From contig JAPYYK010000093.1 of the NCBI GenBank assembly GCA_028534125.1, forward strand, positions 682,001 to 746,000: a stretch of 64,000 nt of DNA. The letters run 5' to 3'. The position numbers and the translations under genes were made by a program. Below the pieces are notes generated by a model. That model made no database searches and was not told the origin of the DNA. It worked only from the letters and a program-made list of their open reading frames with translations. The DNA is from Lama glama (Eukaryota). Shown one piece after another: positions 52,096 to 64,000 of the stretch; position 1 is the stretch's first letter; each line of letters opens with the position of its first letter.

Positions 52096-53361
52096 CTCAT
52101 GGGGTCATGGAGGAGCAGGGCCTCTCAGTCTGGAGGACACAGTGGAGTGTGCGGAAGCCTTGACCTGGAGAGCCCAGGGTCATTTTTTAAACAAAAGAGT
52201 TATTTTATTGTGTTTTAATTTGTTACTTGGAACTTCAGGATGGGGGACTGTGACCCCAGTCCTTCAGGGTCCCAGCCTAGGTTGAGGCCCTAGAGAAGGG
52301 CCAAAGCCTGGGGGCTAGGGAGCGACCTGCTACAGCTGCTGTGCCTTTGGCCAGAGTGGCCTGAATGAACTGTGGCTCTGTGGTCCTGGGGCATGGCCTT
52401 AGACTTCTAGGCCACTGGGAGTTGTGGCTGGGCTTCCCTCCTTCTGTGGAAACAGTTCCCTGTAGGGTGGGCAGATGGGCCCGGCCTTGGCAAAGGCATC
52501 CGGTCACTGGTTGTCATGGTGACCAGGGACACGGTTGCTGTCTCTGAATGCTGAGTGAGTGAGCAAGGGAGGGAGAAGGGGCAATTGAGGGTCTGTGCGC
52601 CTTCTTGGGGAGGCTGCTCTCCCTCACGCTGCTTGCCCCGCTCAGACTCACCCCTCTTTGGTCTCACTGAGGACACAGGGTCAGTCTGCCAGCCTCCCGG
52701 GGTGGTCCAGCCCTGTCTTGCTGCAACCGCATCCCACAGGGCCCTTGGAATTCTCCTTCCATAGAGCCCCTGGGCCCAGCCACCCTGTTACTACGCCCTC
52801 TACCCAAAGAGTGGCCTCTCATCTCAACTGAGGGTAGGAAGTATTTTTAACCCTTTTTTATTTTGGAGAACGTCACTGTGACAAAAGCCAGTGCAGTTTC
52901 CCTGCCCTAACCTGCTCATCGGATCCCAGAAAGGAAAGCCTCTCTCCTTAATGGCTCATCCTGTACTCTTGGTTGGTCCTAGGTGATGGCAGGGGTTGTC
53001 TCCTAGTGTACATCTGTGAGAGTGGATGGCTGGAGGCAGAGCCAAGAGGCTCCCGTTAATCAGGAGTCTCTTTATCCAGGTCAGACCCGAGGCAGCAGAA
53101 GGCTGCTCTGTGATGCTTAGAAGGTCTAGTCCTGGCTTTGGCCTGAGTCAGAGTGGAGAAGGCCCCTTCTTTCTGGTCCAGGCTCACCTAGTCCCATGCT
53201 GCCCACATAGCCTCAGGGTGCTGAATGCCTGATGTGGGCCCGGCAAGTGCCTGACACCCAGCTTGGTTCCTGGCTCCCAGTCCTTCTCTCACTGGCTGGG
53301 AAACCCTAGACCACCTTAGATAGGGCAACACTAACACTGCTGGGTTTTACATCCAAATATT

Positions 53362-53367
53362 AATAAA
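53362..53367 (+). terminator. MAPKAPK3: MAPKAPK3 polyadenylation signal AATAAA (3' UTR about 1.3 kb)
   Basis: First canonical AATAAA I see after the stop codon, followed by U/GU-rich sequence (ttttcccctggtccctgggtttctctctgt). Confidence 0.8.
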
Positions 53368-56300
53368 CGACATTTTGGCATTTTCCCCTGGTCCCTGGGT
53401 TTCTCTCTGTCTATATGAGTGGACAAAAGTGGCCCAAGGGCTTGTGCCCATACCCACTAGTGGTTTCACTCCTGCTGCAGAGGGTGCCTCAGGCCTGGTA
53501 AACATGCCAGGCTGACTCCAGGGCCACCCTGGTCTCAGCAGGTATGGAGAGGTCAGAGGAGCTGAGGGATGGCAGCTGCTCTGCGCCGCTCCGGTGCACT
53601 GAGTGTGTGACACCCGCCCCCGGCCTGGTGTGCACCAGTGTCTGCCCACAGTGGCCACCCCCAGCTGTGTGCCAGCCTGCTGAAGGGCGGGCAGAGCGCC
53701 TGCTGCAACGCTGAGCTATTTTCAGAAGCTGCCAGATTTCATTTGGCAGCGAGAATGTCGAGGAGGGGAGGAGGCGGGACGCTGGAACCTGTCTTTTGAC
53801 GACTCCAGCGACAGAGCACCCTCAGCCCTTGGGAGCCCTTGCGGGCAGCCTTGGGGGGGCCCTAACTGTGGCATATTCCCCCAGCCCCTGTCCTCCCAGT
53901 TTCCCAAGAGCTCATCTGGCACCCACAGCCCCCGCCTCCCCCTCCATTCCCCCCAGGGTGTGGGGGAGGGTACGAACATGTTAGAAGGCAGGGACAGGCA
54001 AGCGCATCTGAGAGGATGCTGCTTCCTAGCCTGCCGACCTTGGACAAGTCTCCCAGCTTCCCCGCCTCACACTCCTCAAGGGTGTAGTGGGGATGGTAGT
54101 GCCCACCCTGGGGAGTCATCTGGGGGATCTGGGCAGATGATGTGTGTGAAGTACTTGGTGGGGTGCCTGGTACATGGCTCGTGCCCAGCACCCATTTGCC
54201 ACCCCAGCATACTTAGCTGTCAGGAAGGAGGGAAGTACCTGAAGTTGCTCAGAAAAAAAGCAGCCAGCATCAAATCTACCTCTGGGACTTTCCACCCAGA
54301 AAATTAGGCTCTCTCCACCCATGGGGTCTCACTCCCAAAGGCCTGCTCTCCAAAGCAACATCATATGGGCCTCCTGGACGTTGATTCCGGCTTCAGGCTT
54401 CAAGGACGGTGGCCCACCCTTCTGAAGGGCTCCTGGGCTCCCCAAATGAATTCTGGGGCCTTCACGGAGTCTGTGGTTCAGACTGACCCTCAACATGTAC
54501 TTTGCCCAGTAAAACACAGGGCAGATGCAAAGGCAGGTGATTCTACCTAGTCACAAAGCTGCAGAGTTGCCAACTGACTCCTTCACTTGGCTGCTGAGTG
54601 GCCACTGCCTGAGACTGCTGGGTGCACGGGAGGCAGCAGTGGACGCTGTGCACAGAGTCTCACCTCGGGGAGTTTACACTCGTGAGGGAGAAGGACAAAA
54701 TACCACACAAATACGTGTTCAATCATGGGCTTGATACGGTCTGTGAAAGGAGGATTTGGCTTGAGAAGGTGTCATTATGTGGTTTAAGGCAAAGAAGGTA
54801 TTTATGCTGCAGTGGCTGGGAAGTCTGCCTGATAGACTGCAGGGTTAAAGGCAGAACTGCAGGGACCAGGCCTCAGGGACAGAGGGGCTCTGTGCGCCCC
54901 TCAGCTCTGCCTGGCTGTGCCTCTGCTGAGGGCCAGCCTGGACCGTTCCCACATGAGGACCAGAGGTTCAGCATTCCCAGCAGGGAGGCATCTGCTCAGG
55001 TGTCTGCACGCCAGCCCCAGGGAAGGATTCTTATTGGCCATACTTGGCCCCTGGCTGTTGTTGGGGAGGGCATGGCCTCTCCTGTGACTAGGTGGGGAGG
55101 GGTGCAGCAGAGGTAGTTAGCAGAGGATGGGAAGTTCACTCCCGTATCTCCCTCATCTGCTTGGCCACATCCAAGAGCCCATGAGGAAACTAGCCCAGGG
55201 ACAAGCCCAGCCCTGCTGATTTCTGGCATCAGGTGCAACTCTCACGAGTCAGACCTGGGAGGCTGGATGCCTGGCTGAGTCACACTCTGGGGCCTCAATG
55301 TGGCTGTCTGTGAAATGGGAGCAAACCCTGACAATTAGCTGGTATCAGGTGAGCTAAGAAGCCAAGGGGCTACACGTGCACATTAGCCTATTTAGATACA
55401 GGTGTTTGCACAGGTTTCATGTGGCTTCCATGGGAGCTTTTGGTAAACAACCCATTAGAGGTGTATTCACATGTGTGTGCACGTGAGTGCACATGTATTT
55501 GTATGTGTGCATGTGTGGCGGGGGTTTCTTCCCAGTGATGCTCCCCCTGACCCAGCTGACAGCAGAGTTCTCTGTCTTGCAAACCTGGTGCTGGCTGGCT
55601 TCCAGAGGCCTGGCTCATTGCTATTCCACACCAGCCCCTCTCCACCCTCGATTCAGCCCCTCCACTGCAGCGGCAGAATTGAGCCTCAAAATGCATCCTG
55701 CCGCAACCTCTGCAGGGATCTCGATGATTCCAGACCTACTTGAAATTCTCTCTCTCTGGCAGGCATGCAGAGAGGGCACAGGCCCGGGGAGCTGTCTTCA
55801 GACCTGGCTGCCTTGGATGAGCTTTTGCATCCCTAGTGAGTCCTCACAGCTGTCCCCATTCCTGGCAGGTTAAAATTCTTCCCTTTGTCCCTCTGGGCAG
55901 CCAGCATGTTCACCTCTTGGAATCGAGGCCAGCAGGCAGAGAAGGGTCTGGGAAGCCCACCTCCCACCCTGTGTGTGGGGTGGGCTGGGATTATTCAGTT
56001 TAGGGCCAGATCTGAGTTTTGGTTTACACGAAGCTGTGGACAAGGGAGTTCCTCTTTTTGAGGTTCTCCATCAATAAAATGAGACAATGATTAATCAGGG
56101 CCAGATGCTCTGGGCACCCTTGATAGACACGCTGCCATTGCTTCCTGGATTAGGAGTATACTCTGTGGTCTCAGGCAGAAAGTGCACTTTGCTGGGCCTC
56201 AGTTTTCTTATCTCTTAATATAGGAGTAATCCTCACAAGGGCGGGGCAAGGCTTCAGTGGAGAAGGGAAAGGGTGGCCAAACCCAAAGGCGGTGGTCATC

Positions 56301-59300
56301 AATGCAGCCCAAGTGTCTGCTAGTCTGCCCAGCTGCCAAGACTCTGCCAGGTCTGCCCTCTCTCCAGTTCCCCTGACCAGGAGAAGGCAGCCAGTGACTC
56401 AAGGGAACCAGTTTCCTGGGACTCAGAGCACCTGGTCAGGGCAGGTTAATTGGGGTATGGGGCCACCTGCTGGTCACCTGATGAGTATTTAGTAGATGCC
56501 TACTGTGTGCCACAGCCTGAGGGAGCTGTGGTCCTGCCTGGGTGGAGGGGAAGACCACAACATCATAATGAATAGCTTGTTTACTGAGTGCCCGTTATAC
56601 TCTAGGACTGTACGGGATCACCTGGACCATCTCATTGAGTCCTCACTCTCCCATCTTACAGAGGGGGAGACAGCCCTCAATCTCTTAGGCAGAGGAGGTC
56701 AGAGGAAGGAATGCTGCTTTTGACTGGTGATAAACATACAGGGCTTCCGAGAGGTGATGGCACGTGAATTTGAAGGGCAAATTTGGATAGACGAAGATTT
56801 GGGAAAAGGGCATTCCAGCTGGCGGGTAAAGGGTGAGGCAACAAAAGGAGGCAGGAATGGGACGTGCCATATGGAGAACAAGTCTGCTTAATGAGTGAGA
56901 GGCAGCCATGGCAAGGAAGTCTCTCATTTCCTCATCCCATCTCCTGGAGGATGGGGACCTCAGGAGTGAAGCAGTCCCTCCTCCCCATATCCACATCTGC
57001 CTCCCCTAGAGATATACCTGGCTTTTGATGCTAGCTTGTCAGTCTGTCTACTTCCTACTGGTACAGCCTTTTCAGGTGGCTCCTGAAAATAGTTGCATCT
57101 TTTTACACTGGACTCCCTGGACCCTCAGGGTGTGGCAGGGGAGTCCTAGGGCCCGCCACCCCTGCTTCCAACAGAGCTGTTTTTTATATTGGAGTTTCTC
57201 CTGAGATTTGATTTGAATAAGAGCTTGTGTGCTTTTCAAAAGTGTACAGACCACTGAACTAGACACTTAACAAAATGTATCTCAAATCCTGTAGGTAGGC
57301 ATTATGATTCCATTTTACAGATGGGAAACCAAGGCTCAGCATGATGAAGTAGCTTGCCAAGTTCCATGACAGGGTTCTGACATGGCAAAGTGGCTTCAAG
57401 ATTATTCTTTCTCCCATTGCTCCTGTCCTCAGAATGTCCAGACTACTGGGGACAGGTGGACAACAGTTGCCTATACTGTCTGCTGGGCTGCTGCGGAGTG
57501 CCAACCAGGGAGCAGGGCTGACAGGGTGAGAATGGCTCTCTTAGGCAGGGTTGCTTTCCTCTTTCTGGTGGGGAATTGAGAGAAAGTTGGGCAAAGGGGA
57601 GCCTACCTTATCCCCTAAAACCTGCCCCTGCTGCAGGGGCTGTGTGGATAAAGCATACTATCCCCTATTCCCACCCCTAGGCTTCAGCTATGTTCACAGC
57701 AAGACAGGGAGACCAGTCAGCTGTCAGACCTGACAGCTTCTCTGTGCAGGAGCAAGGTAGGCCCTTCAGCTGCCCTCGGGAGTAGCCCCCAGTGTGGAGA
57801 CCCTCCCTAGGGCAGCCTAGCTTTCAGTTGATGGGACCTCGACTCATGGGCCATGTCTCCCCACCTGGGCGCTCAGAGCCCACCAAGGGAAGGGTGAGGG
57901 GCAGGCCTACTCAACTCTGAACCTGGTTTACCCCAGTCAATCCTTGGAGCCCATGTTTTGAGCACCCAGAGTGTGCCAAAGTGTCTCATACATGACCTCC
58001 TTTACATTTCTGTCCTTCCGATAGCCCTCCTAGGCAGGGTTTATGGCGATCTTGCAGATGAAGTCACTGAGGCTCGAGTGGCACTGGGATAAAGTGCCCA
58101 GGTCCCTATGTGGTGAGTGGCAGGGCCAGGGTCTGAACCCAAGAACATGGGGCTCTGTGATCCCCTCCCTAACAGAAATGCTGTCCCTGCCCAAAGAGTC
58201 CCAGCCCTACCAGGTCCCTTCCCTAACCTGGCCTGGCTGGTGGTGTCACAAGCCTGCCTGTCCCTTCTCTGGATCTTCTGTGTCCTGGGCTGCTAGAGGA
58301 AGGGCCCTTCAGGGGAACCTCCCATTCTCTTTGCCCCCTGAACCTGGGCAGGGAGTGCCAGGTACCTCCCAGCAGGGTTTAAGGTCAGGACATTCCCTTG
58401 TAGATGAGATGGAAGGTGGGCTGGGTTGCAAAGCCTGGGACCCCATTCCAGCTTTGATCTGTGACCTTTGACAACCCCCTTAACTTCTCTGAGCCCATCT
58501 CCTCATTAGAACACGAGGACAACGACACTTGCCGCCTGGATTATGAGACTGAAAGGTAAGGAATGATGCCCTGAAGAACTCTTGGCATATCATAGGTCCT
58601 GGAAAATGTCACCTCACTCGAGAGACTGTGGGGTTAGATGGTGTATTGGGAAATGTTGAGTTGTAGGCTAAAAGTCTTCAGAAAGGAGGCTGTCTTCCTG
58701 GGAAAAGCTGCAGTCAGAGCCCCCATTTAAGTGAGCCTGCCCACCTGCCCTGGAGACCTCTCTCTTCCTGCAGGTCCCTGTCAGTAGGCCACTGAGGGAG
58801 ATAGCAAGGCAGAGGAGGCAGCCAAGGCACGTCCAGAGAACTCCTCACATGGTCATGAAGGTATCCAGGGACTGTGGGGCACAGGGTTGGTCACCACATC
58901 AGCCAGATGAGGCAATGGTCTGGCCTCAAGTACCTACTGTGAACAAGCCTCCTTGGACTATTGGCTGGGGCAACCTAAGCAGACGAAACTCCTTCTTTAA
59001 TGACAGAGTCCATAACCAAAATGGGATAACCAACAGGAATATGAGGTTCAGGGAAAGTCTCTGTGAAGAGGAGACTCAGTTGAGGATGAATGACAAGAAG
59101 AGCAGAAGGCAGGGTATCCCAGGCAGAGAGAATAGCAAGTGCAAAGGCCCTGGGGCTGAAAAGACCTTCAAATATCTGAGGAGCAAAAATGAGTGCAGTA
59201 TGCCTGGAGAGTGCTGGTCCAGCCTCCCTTGAACAGAAGGTGAGCATGTAAACAGCCTTATGGGGCCCCAGGAAATTGGGCTTTTTGGAGCCTTTCTATA

Positions 59301-61389
59301 GGCTCTGCTACCGACTGCCTAGGGTCTTGCCCAGGGCTCAGGGTAGCTTGGCTAGATGTGAATCAACTACCCTCACCTGGCCCTCAAATCTACAAATGCA
59401 CCATCTGCCCCTGAGATGGCTTTAATACCTTATTGTTAGCAATAAATTGAACTCACTAAACTGTGGATGCAAAGCTTGCTGGGGCTGTTAACATCAGGAA
59501 AACCAGTAGCTGTGTTTATGTCCACTTGGAGAAATAGCAATAAGATATAACTCACCTCTGGAGATAGATTCTATAAAGATAGGGCCTGTCTTCTGGGTCC
59601 CAGGAGAGAGAGGATCAATTCCTCCTAGTGAGCTCCCGTAAATGGGGTTCAGTCTTGTTGGAATTATGGAAATTCTCTGGTGGGAAATCCTAGAGGGTGG
59701 GCTGTACAGAGATTCTCAGCAGTAACCATGCACCATAATCTCAGCCAGCAGGAGACAAGGCCCTACTCTCTCTAGCCCATGAGTCAATGCAGGCCAGGGA
59801 CCTGGGCTGGGAGCACTGCCAAGGGGTGAGTTGTCCCCAAGGTATTCTCCCCAGGATAGGCACCCCACTTCTCATACCTGCCCTTCAGGTCCTAACCCTG
59901 GTAAATTTTCTTCCTTTTGTTATTATGGTGGTCTAGTGGGTTTTCTCATAGAGCTAATTAGGTGGAATAAATCCTGCCCACTTGAAGATAGGAGGGCTGC
60001 CTGGAGGAGACAGAGATGCAGTGGATATGAAGAAATTTAGGAAAAGAGCAGGCAACCAGGTGCTGCCTTCTATGATGAAGGTAATCAGAGGTCAGTTGAC
60101 TCATCCAAGGTCATTCAAGGTTATTAGTGGGAGCTGTGAACAAAAGAAGGCTCCCTGGATATGGTCCTAAATTTGAGGGTAAGGGAGGAGGGCATTGGGA
60201 CTAGAGAGGCCTAGAGGAGCTTGTGGATTTCAGCTTCAGGGCTTCTGATGTTTCATTCTCAGAGTCCAGTTACCTGGATGTCATGGTCCTAGGTCTGGCA
60301 CTGCCGATTCTAGGCTTTGCAGAAGGTTAAAGGTCAGCCCTTTTCCTCAAGGATTATAATCCTTCCTCAGCCTTATAATCCTCAAGGATTATAGCCACTG
60401 ATCTCTCCTGGTATAGAGAAGGGGGGTTGGTGTCAGGAAACACCTGGAGCTCTGGGGCTGGCTGCTGTGCACCATCCTGGACAAGTTTCTTCCTCTCTTT
60501 GGAATCTCAGTTTCCTCACTGTAAAATGGCCACAATGATACTCATCCGGTTCTCAGGAGGATTCAGTGTGAGAACATCATAACCACAGAACCTGCTGCTT
60601 CAAGAATTGAGATACTCCAACTCAGCTGGAGGGAGTGGTGGGCCCTGGACCATTTATACTGTGAGGAGGGGAGGGGAAGTGGTATCTGATTGACAGAGAG
60701 GGTTGGGGCAGCCAGGAGGCCAGATGCTCCTATGCTCTGCCAAGGCCTCTGCAGTGCATTGAGGGTTGTCCGCCACTTACTCAGCAGCGTTTCTAACAAT
60801 CAAAAGTTTAAGGTCCAGGGAGCCAGAAGAAAACAGTCTTGAGAGGCCAGCAGCCAGCCTGGAGGAAAGAGAGAATAGGTGGAGGCAGGAGATGGATTCC
60901 TTTTCTCTGAAGGCCACACACATACCCCTAAACTTGAATCACCCCCTGACTCCAGGACCAGTTGACAGGGCTGAGAAATCTTCAGATTGGGTAAGGGCCA
61001 AGGGCTACCTCCCAAGCACAAAACCAACCCTGAGGGTACATCTGGTCCTGGTCCAAAGAGGGAAAGCCTTTAGCCCCCTGTTAGAGCCTCATCCCCTGGC
61101 AGTCCTTGTTCACCTGCCCCAGCACATATCTACAGCAACTCCTGCTTTCCAGGACTGAGATTCTGAGTCCAGTAGTCAAGGCCTGGCTTGGACCTGATGA
61201 ATAATCAGATCGAAAACATGCAGTATGCTCCCAGGCCTAATTTACCCAACACCTCCAGACCACATCCACATTTCATCTGAGTCCACACCTTGGTTTCCAC
61301 AAGAAGTAGCACTGGGTTTGTGGTGGGCTTTAAAAACAGTCCATAGGTTTGTCAGTTGGTCACTTATGGTCAAACAAGTAACTTCCAAA

Positions 61390-63215
61390 GTTTGATTCTT
61401 TGGTATAATTGATATAAAGTGAAATCTTAAATGTAAAGTTAAATCATTTTAAATGAATGCATATACCGATGTAACCAGGGTCCCAGTCAGGGCATAGAAC
61501 AACCCCATCATCTTAGAAACTCCCCAATAACCCCTCATCACAGAATGCTGATCTGATTTCTATCATCATAGATGATATGATAACTTCTATTCTAGAAGTT
61601 CATATAAATGAAATTATATGGAATTTCAGCATGGAAGTAAATAGCTTTTTTGTGTCTGGTTTCTTTTGCTTCCTTGAGATTTATCCATGTTTTTGCAGTA
61701 GTAGTTCTTTCCTTTTTTTATTGCTGAAGAGTATTCCATTTTATGAATATTCATAATTTGGTGGTTATTTGACTCCAGTTTTTGACTATTATGAAAAAAG
61801 CTGCTATGAACATTCATGTATAAGTCTTTGTGTGAACATATGCTTTCATTTCTTTTGGGTAAATACTTAGGACTGAAATGGCTAGTAAATACCTAGTAAA
61901 ATTTCTGGAAATAACATTAAGTGTATGTTTAACTGTCTGAGAAACTGCTAGATTTCAAAAGTGGTTGTATTATTTTGCATTCCCATCAGCAACTGATTGA
62001 TTGACTGATTGATTGACTGAGGGGAGTAACTAAGTTTACTTATTTATTATTTTCTTTTTATTTAACAGAGGTACTGGGGATCAAACCCATGACCTCATGC
62101 ACACTAAGCATGCGCTCTACCACTGAGCTATATCCTTCCCCCACCATCAGCAATTTATGAGACTTCCAGTTACTCCACATCCTCATCATTTGGTGTTATT
62201 TGCCTTTTTTATCTTAGCCATTCTGATGGATATGTGCTAGTATTTCATTATAGTTTTAGTTTGCATTTTCCTGGTGATTAACGATGTTGGGAGCTTTTTC
62301 ATGTGATTATTGGCCATTGACATACCTGTTCAAGTCTTAAGCCTATTTTCAAACATTGGGTTGCTTGCCTTTTTTATTATTGTGTTGTGGAAGATTTTGA
62401 TGTACTCTGGATACACAGCCATTGTCATAGGGTATGAGTTGGGAATGTTTTCTCCTGCACTATGGCTTACCTGCTCATTTTCATAATGGTGCTTTTGATG
62501 AGCAGTTTTTCATTTTTTTGAAATTCAATTTATCATTAGTTACTTTTATGATTAGTGTTTCCTATGTTTTCTCTAAGAAATTTTTACTTATCCCAAAGAC
62601 ACAAACATATTCTTCATTTTTTCCCCTTTCCTAGAATCTGTATAATTTTAAATGCTTTTACATTTGGGGCCATGAGCCATCTATAATTGATTTTTTAGTA
62701 AGGTGAGAGCTCAGGATTGAGATTTATATTTTCATATGGATATCTAGATAGCTGCATTCTTCAAGAAAAATAAACATTTCTTTCCCTGCAGAATTGCTGG
62801 GGCACTCTTATCAAAAATCACTGGATTCTATTCTCTTCCATTGATTGTCTATATAATTGCCAACACCATACTGTCTTGATTATGTTCGGTCCATCATCAT
62901 GGCATATCTTTCTATTTATTTAGGTCTTAATTTTTCTTAGCAATATTTTATAGTCTAGAACATCTAGCATTACATTAAATCCCACCTAGTCTTTTTAGTT
63001 TTGGGGTTCTATTGAGAGTAGAATTTAAACAATTTTAATTTCCCTATAGTTGATTACTATTTTATGACTAGTTTTTGAAACTACAATCGATTTTTATATA
63101 TTAATCTGTATTCTGTGACATTGCTAAATTTTCTCATCAGCTCTGGTAGTTTTCTACATTCAGAATAACATTATCTGTGAATAAAGAGAGCTTTACTTCT
63201 TTATTTCGAATCTTT
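61390..63215 (-). mobile_element. Old L1M-type LINE-1, 3' portion (ORF2 end and 3' UTR), degenerate
   Basis: T-rich block with classic antisense L1 motifs (gctgctatgaacattcatgtataagtctttgtgtg...gggtaaatac; ttagccattctgatgga; ttgcattttcctggtgatt). Confidence 0.85.
61993..62143 (-). mobile_element. tRNA-derived SINE (camelid Vic-1-like) inserted in L1
   Basis: Minus strand GGGGAAGGATATAGCTCAGTGGTAGAGCGCATGCTTAG...GGGTTTGATCCCCAGTACCTC; perfect 10-bp TSD ccatcagcaa at 61983-61992 and 62144-62153. Confidence 0.85.
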
Positions 63216-63289
63216 ATGCCTCTATTTTTCCTGCAGAGTAAGACAGAGTAAGTAACTGAAGCTTTGTTTCTTGGGAGGCCATTCTATTG

Positions 63290-63950
63290 ACTGCAAGGAT
63301 GCCATGCTGTGATTTACACTTAAAAAACAATTCCTCTGGCTGCCTGGGAAGAATTGTAAGGGCAAAAGGGGAGGCAGGGAGACTGACAAGGAGGCTGCAG
63401 AATTCCAAGTGAGACAGGGTGGTTTAGCTTGGGAGGATGGGAGATCTGGAGTGTATTTGGCCTTGGAGTCACAGAATTCACTGTGGAATGGATATGGGGG
63501 AAGGAGAAGGGAACCAAAGGTGATGCTAGACTGTTGCCTTGAGCTGCTAGGCAGGTGGAGATGCTGCCTTTTGAGATGAGGACATTGGGGGTGAGGGTGC
63601 AGCTTTGGCCACTTTCATTTCAAGATGCTTTTAGACTTTCAGGGTGTCAGGAAGGCAGCTGGAGTGATGGAGCTTGAGGCACAGCGTTTTGGAAACATCA
63701 TGATTTAGATGGACTCCAAAGCCACACAGCCAGACAAGACAGAAGAAAATGTGGAGAAGGATGAAAAGCAGACTTAATCCTGGGATAGAGGTTGGGAAGA
63801 CATGAAGGAGTCAGGAAAGTAGACTGAGGAGGAACAGTGAGGTAGGAGGAAAACTAAAAGAGTATAGTCTTTTTGAAGTCTTTGAAGTAAGTGTTCCAAG
63901 AAAGAGATGGTCACTGTGTTGGATGCTGCCAGACAGGAAAAATGGAACAA
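63290..63950 (-). mobile_element. L2 LINE fragment
   Basis: Purine-rich L2 motifs (gatttacacttaaaaa...ctctggctgc...ggaggcagggagac...ggaggctg). Confidence 0.6.
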
Positions 63951-64000
63951 TAACAGAGAAACCTTGATGACTGTGTCGACTGAAATAAATGCACAGCCTA

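Noticed and set aside
59400-59720. Possible minus-strand exon with a GTGAGT donor near 59550-59555
   Set aside because: No convincing acceptor, ORF or partner exons.

Overview
Mammalian genomic window, most likely a camelid (two tRNA-derived SINEs match my recollection of the camelid Vic-1 family). It holds the head-to-head gene pair CISH and MAPKAPK3, both complete and intact. CISH is on the minus strand: 3 coding exons at 21236-21217, 17878-17658 and 17422-16899, 254 aa, poly(A) signal at 15856-15861. MAPKAPK3/MK3 is on the plus strand: a probable non-coding first exon plus 10 coding exons between 26963 and 52095, 384 aa, poly(A) signal at 53362-53367. All coding introns are GT-AG with consistent phases. 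The rest is intergenic or intronic DNA with old interspersed repeats (MIR, L2, L1, LTRs, DNA transposon fossils) and two N gaps. Nearly all ORFs in the supplied track are spurious. I found no new protein-coding system. The most interesting signals are regulatory or evolutionary: a dense cluster of perfect STAT5 sites 7-8 kb beyond the CISH 3' end; a disabled counterpart of the human CISH alternative exon 1b; a short telomeric array with flanking direct repeats just past the CISH poly(A) site; a possible STAT5-MK3-ARE loop linking the two genes; and a palindromic block with four TAATCC sites downstream of MAPKAPK3. Repeat family names come from memory of consensus sequences and need RepeatMasker/Dfam confirmation.
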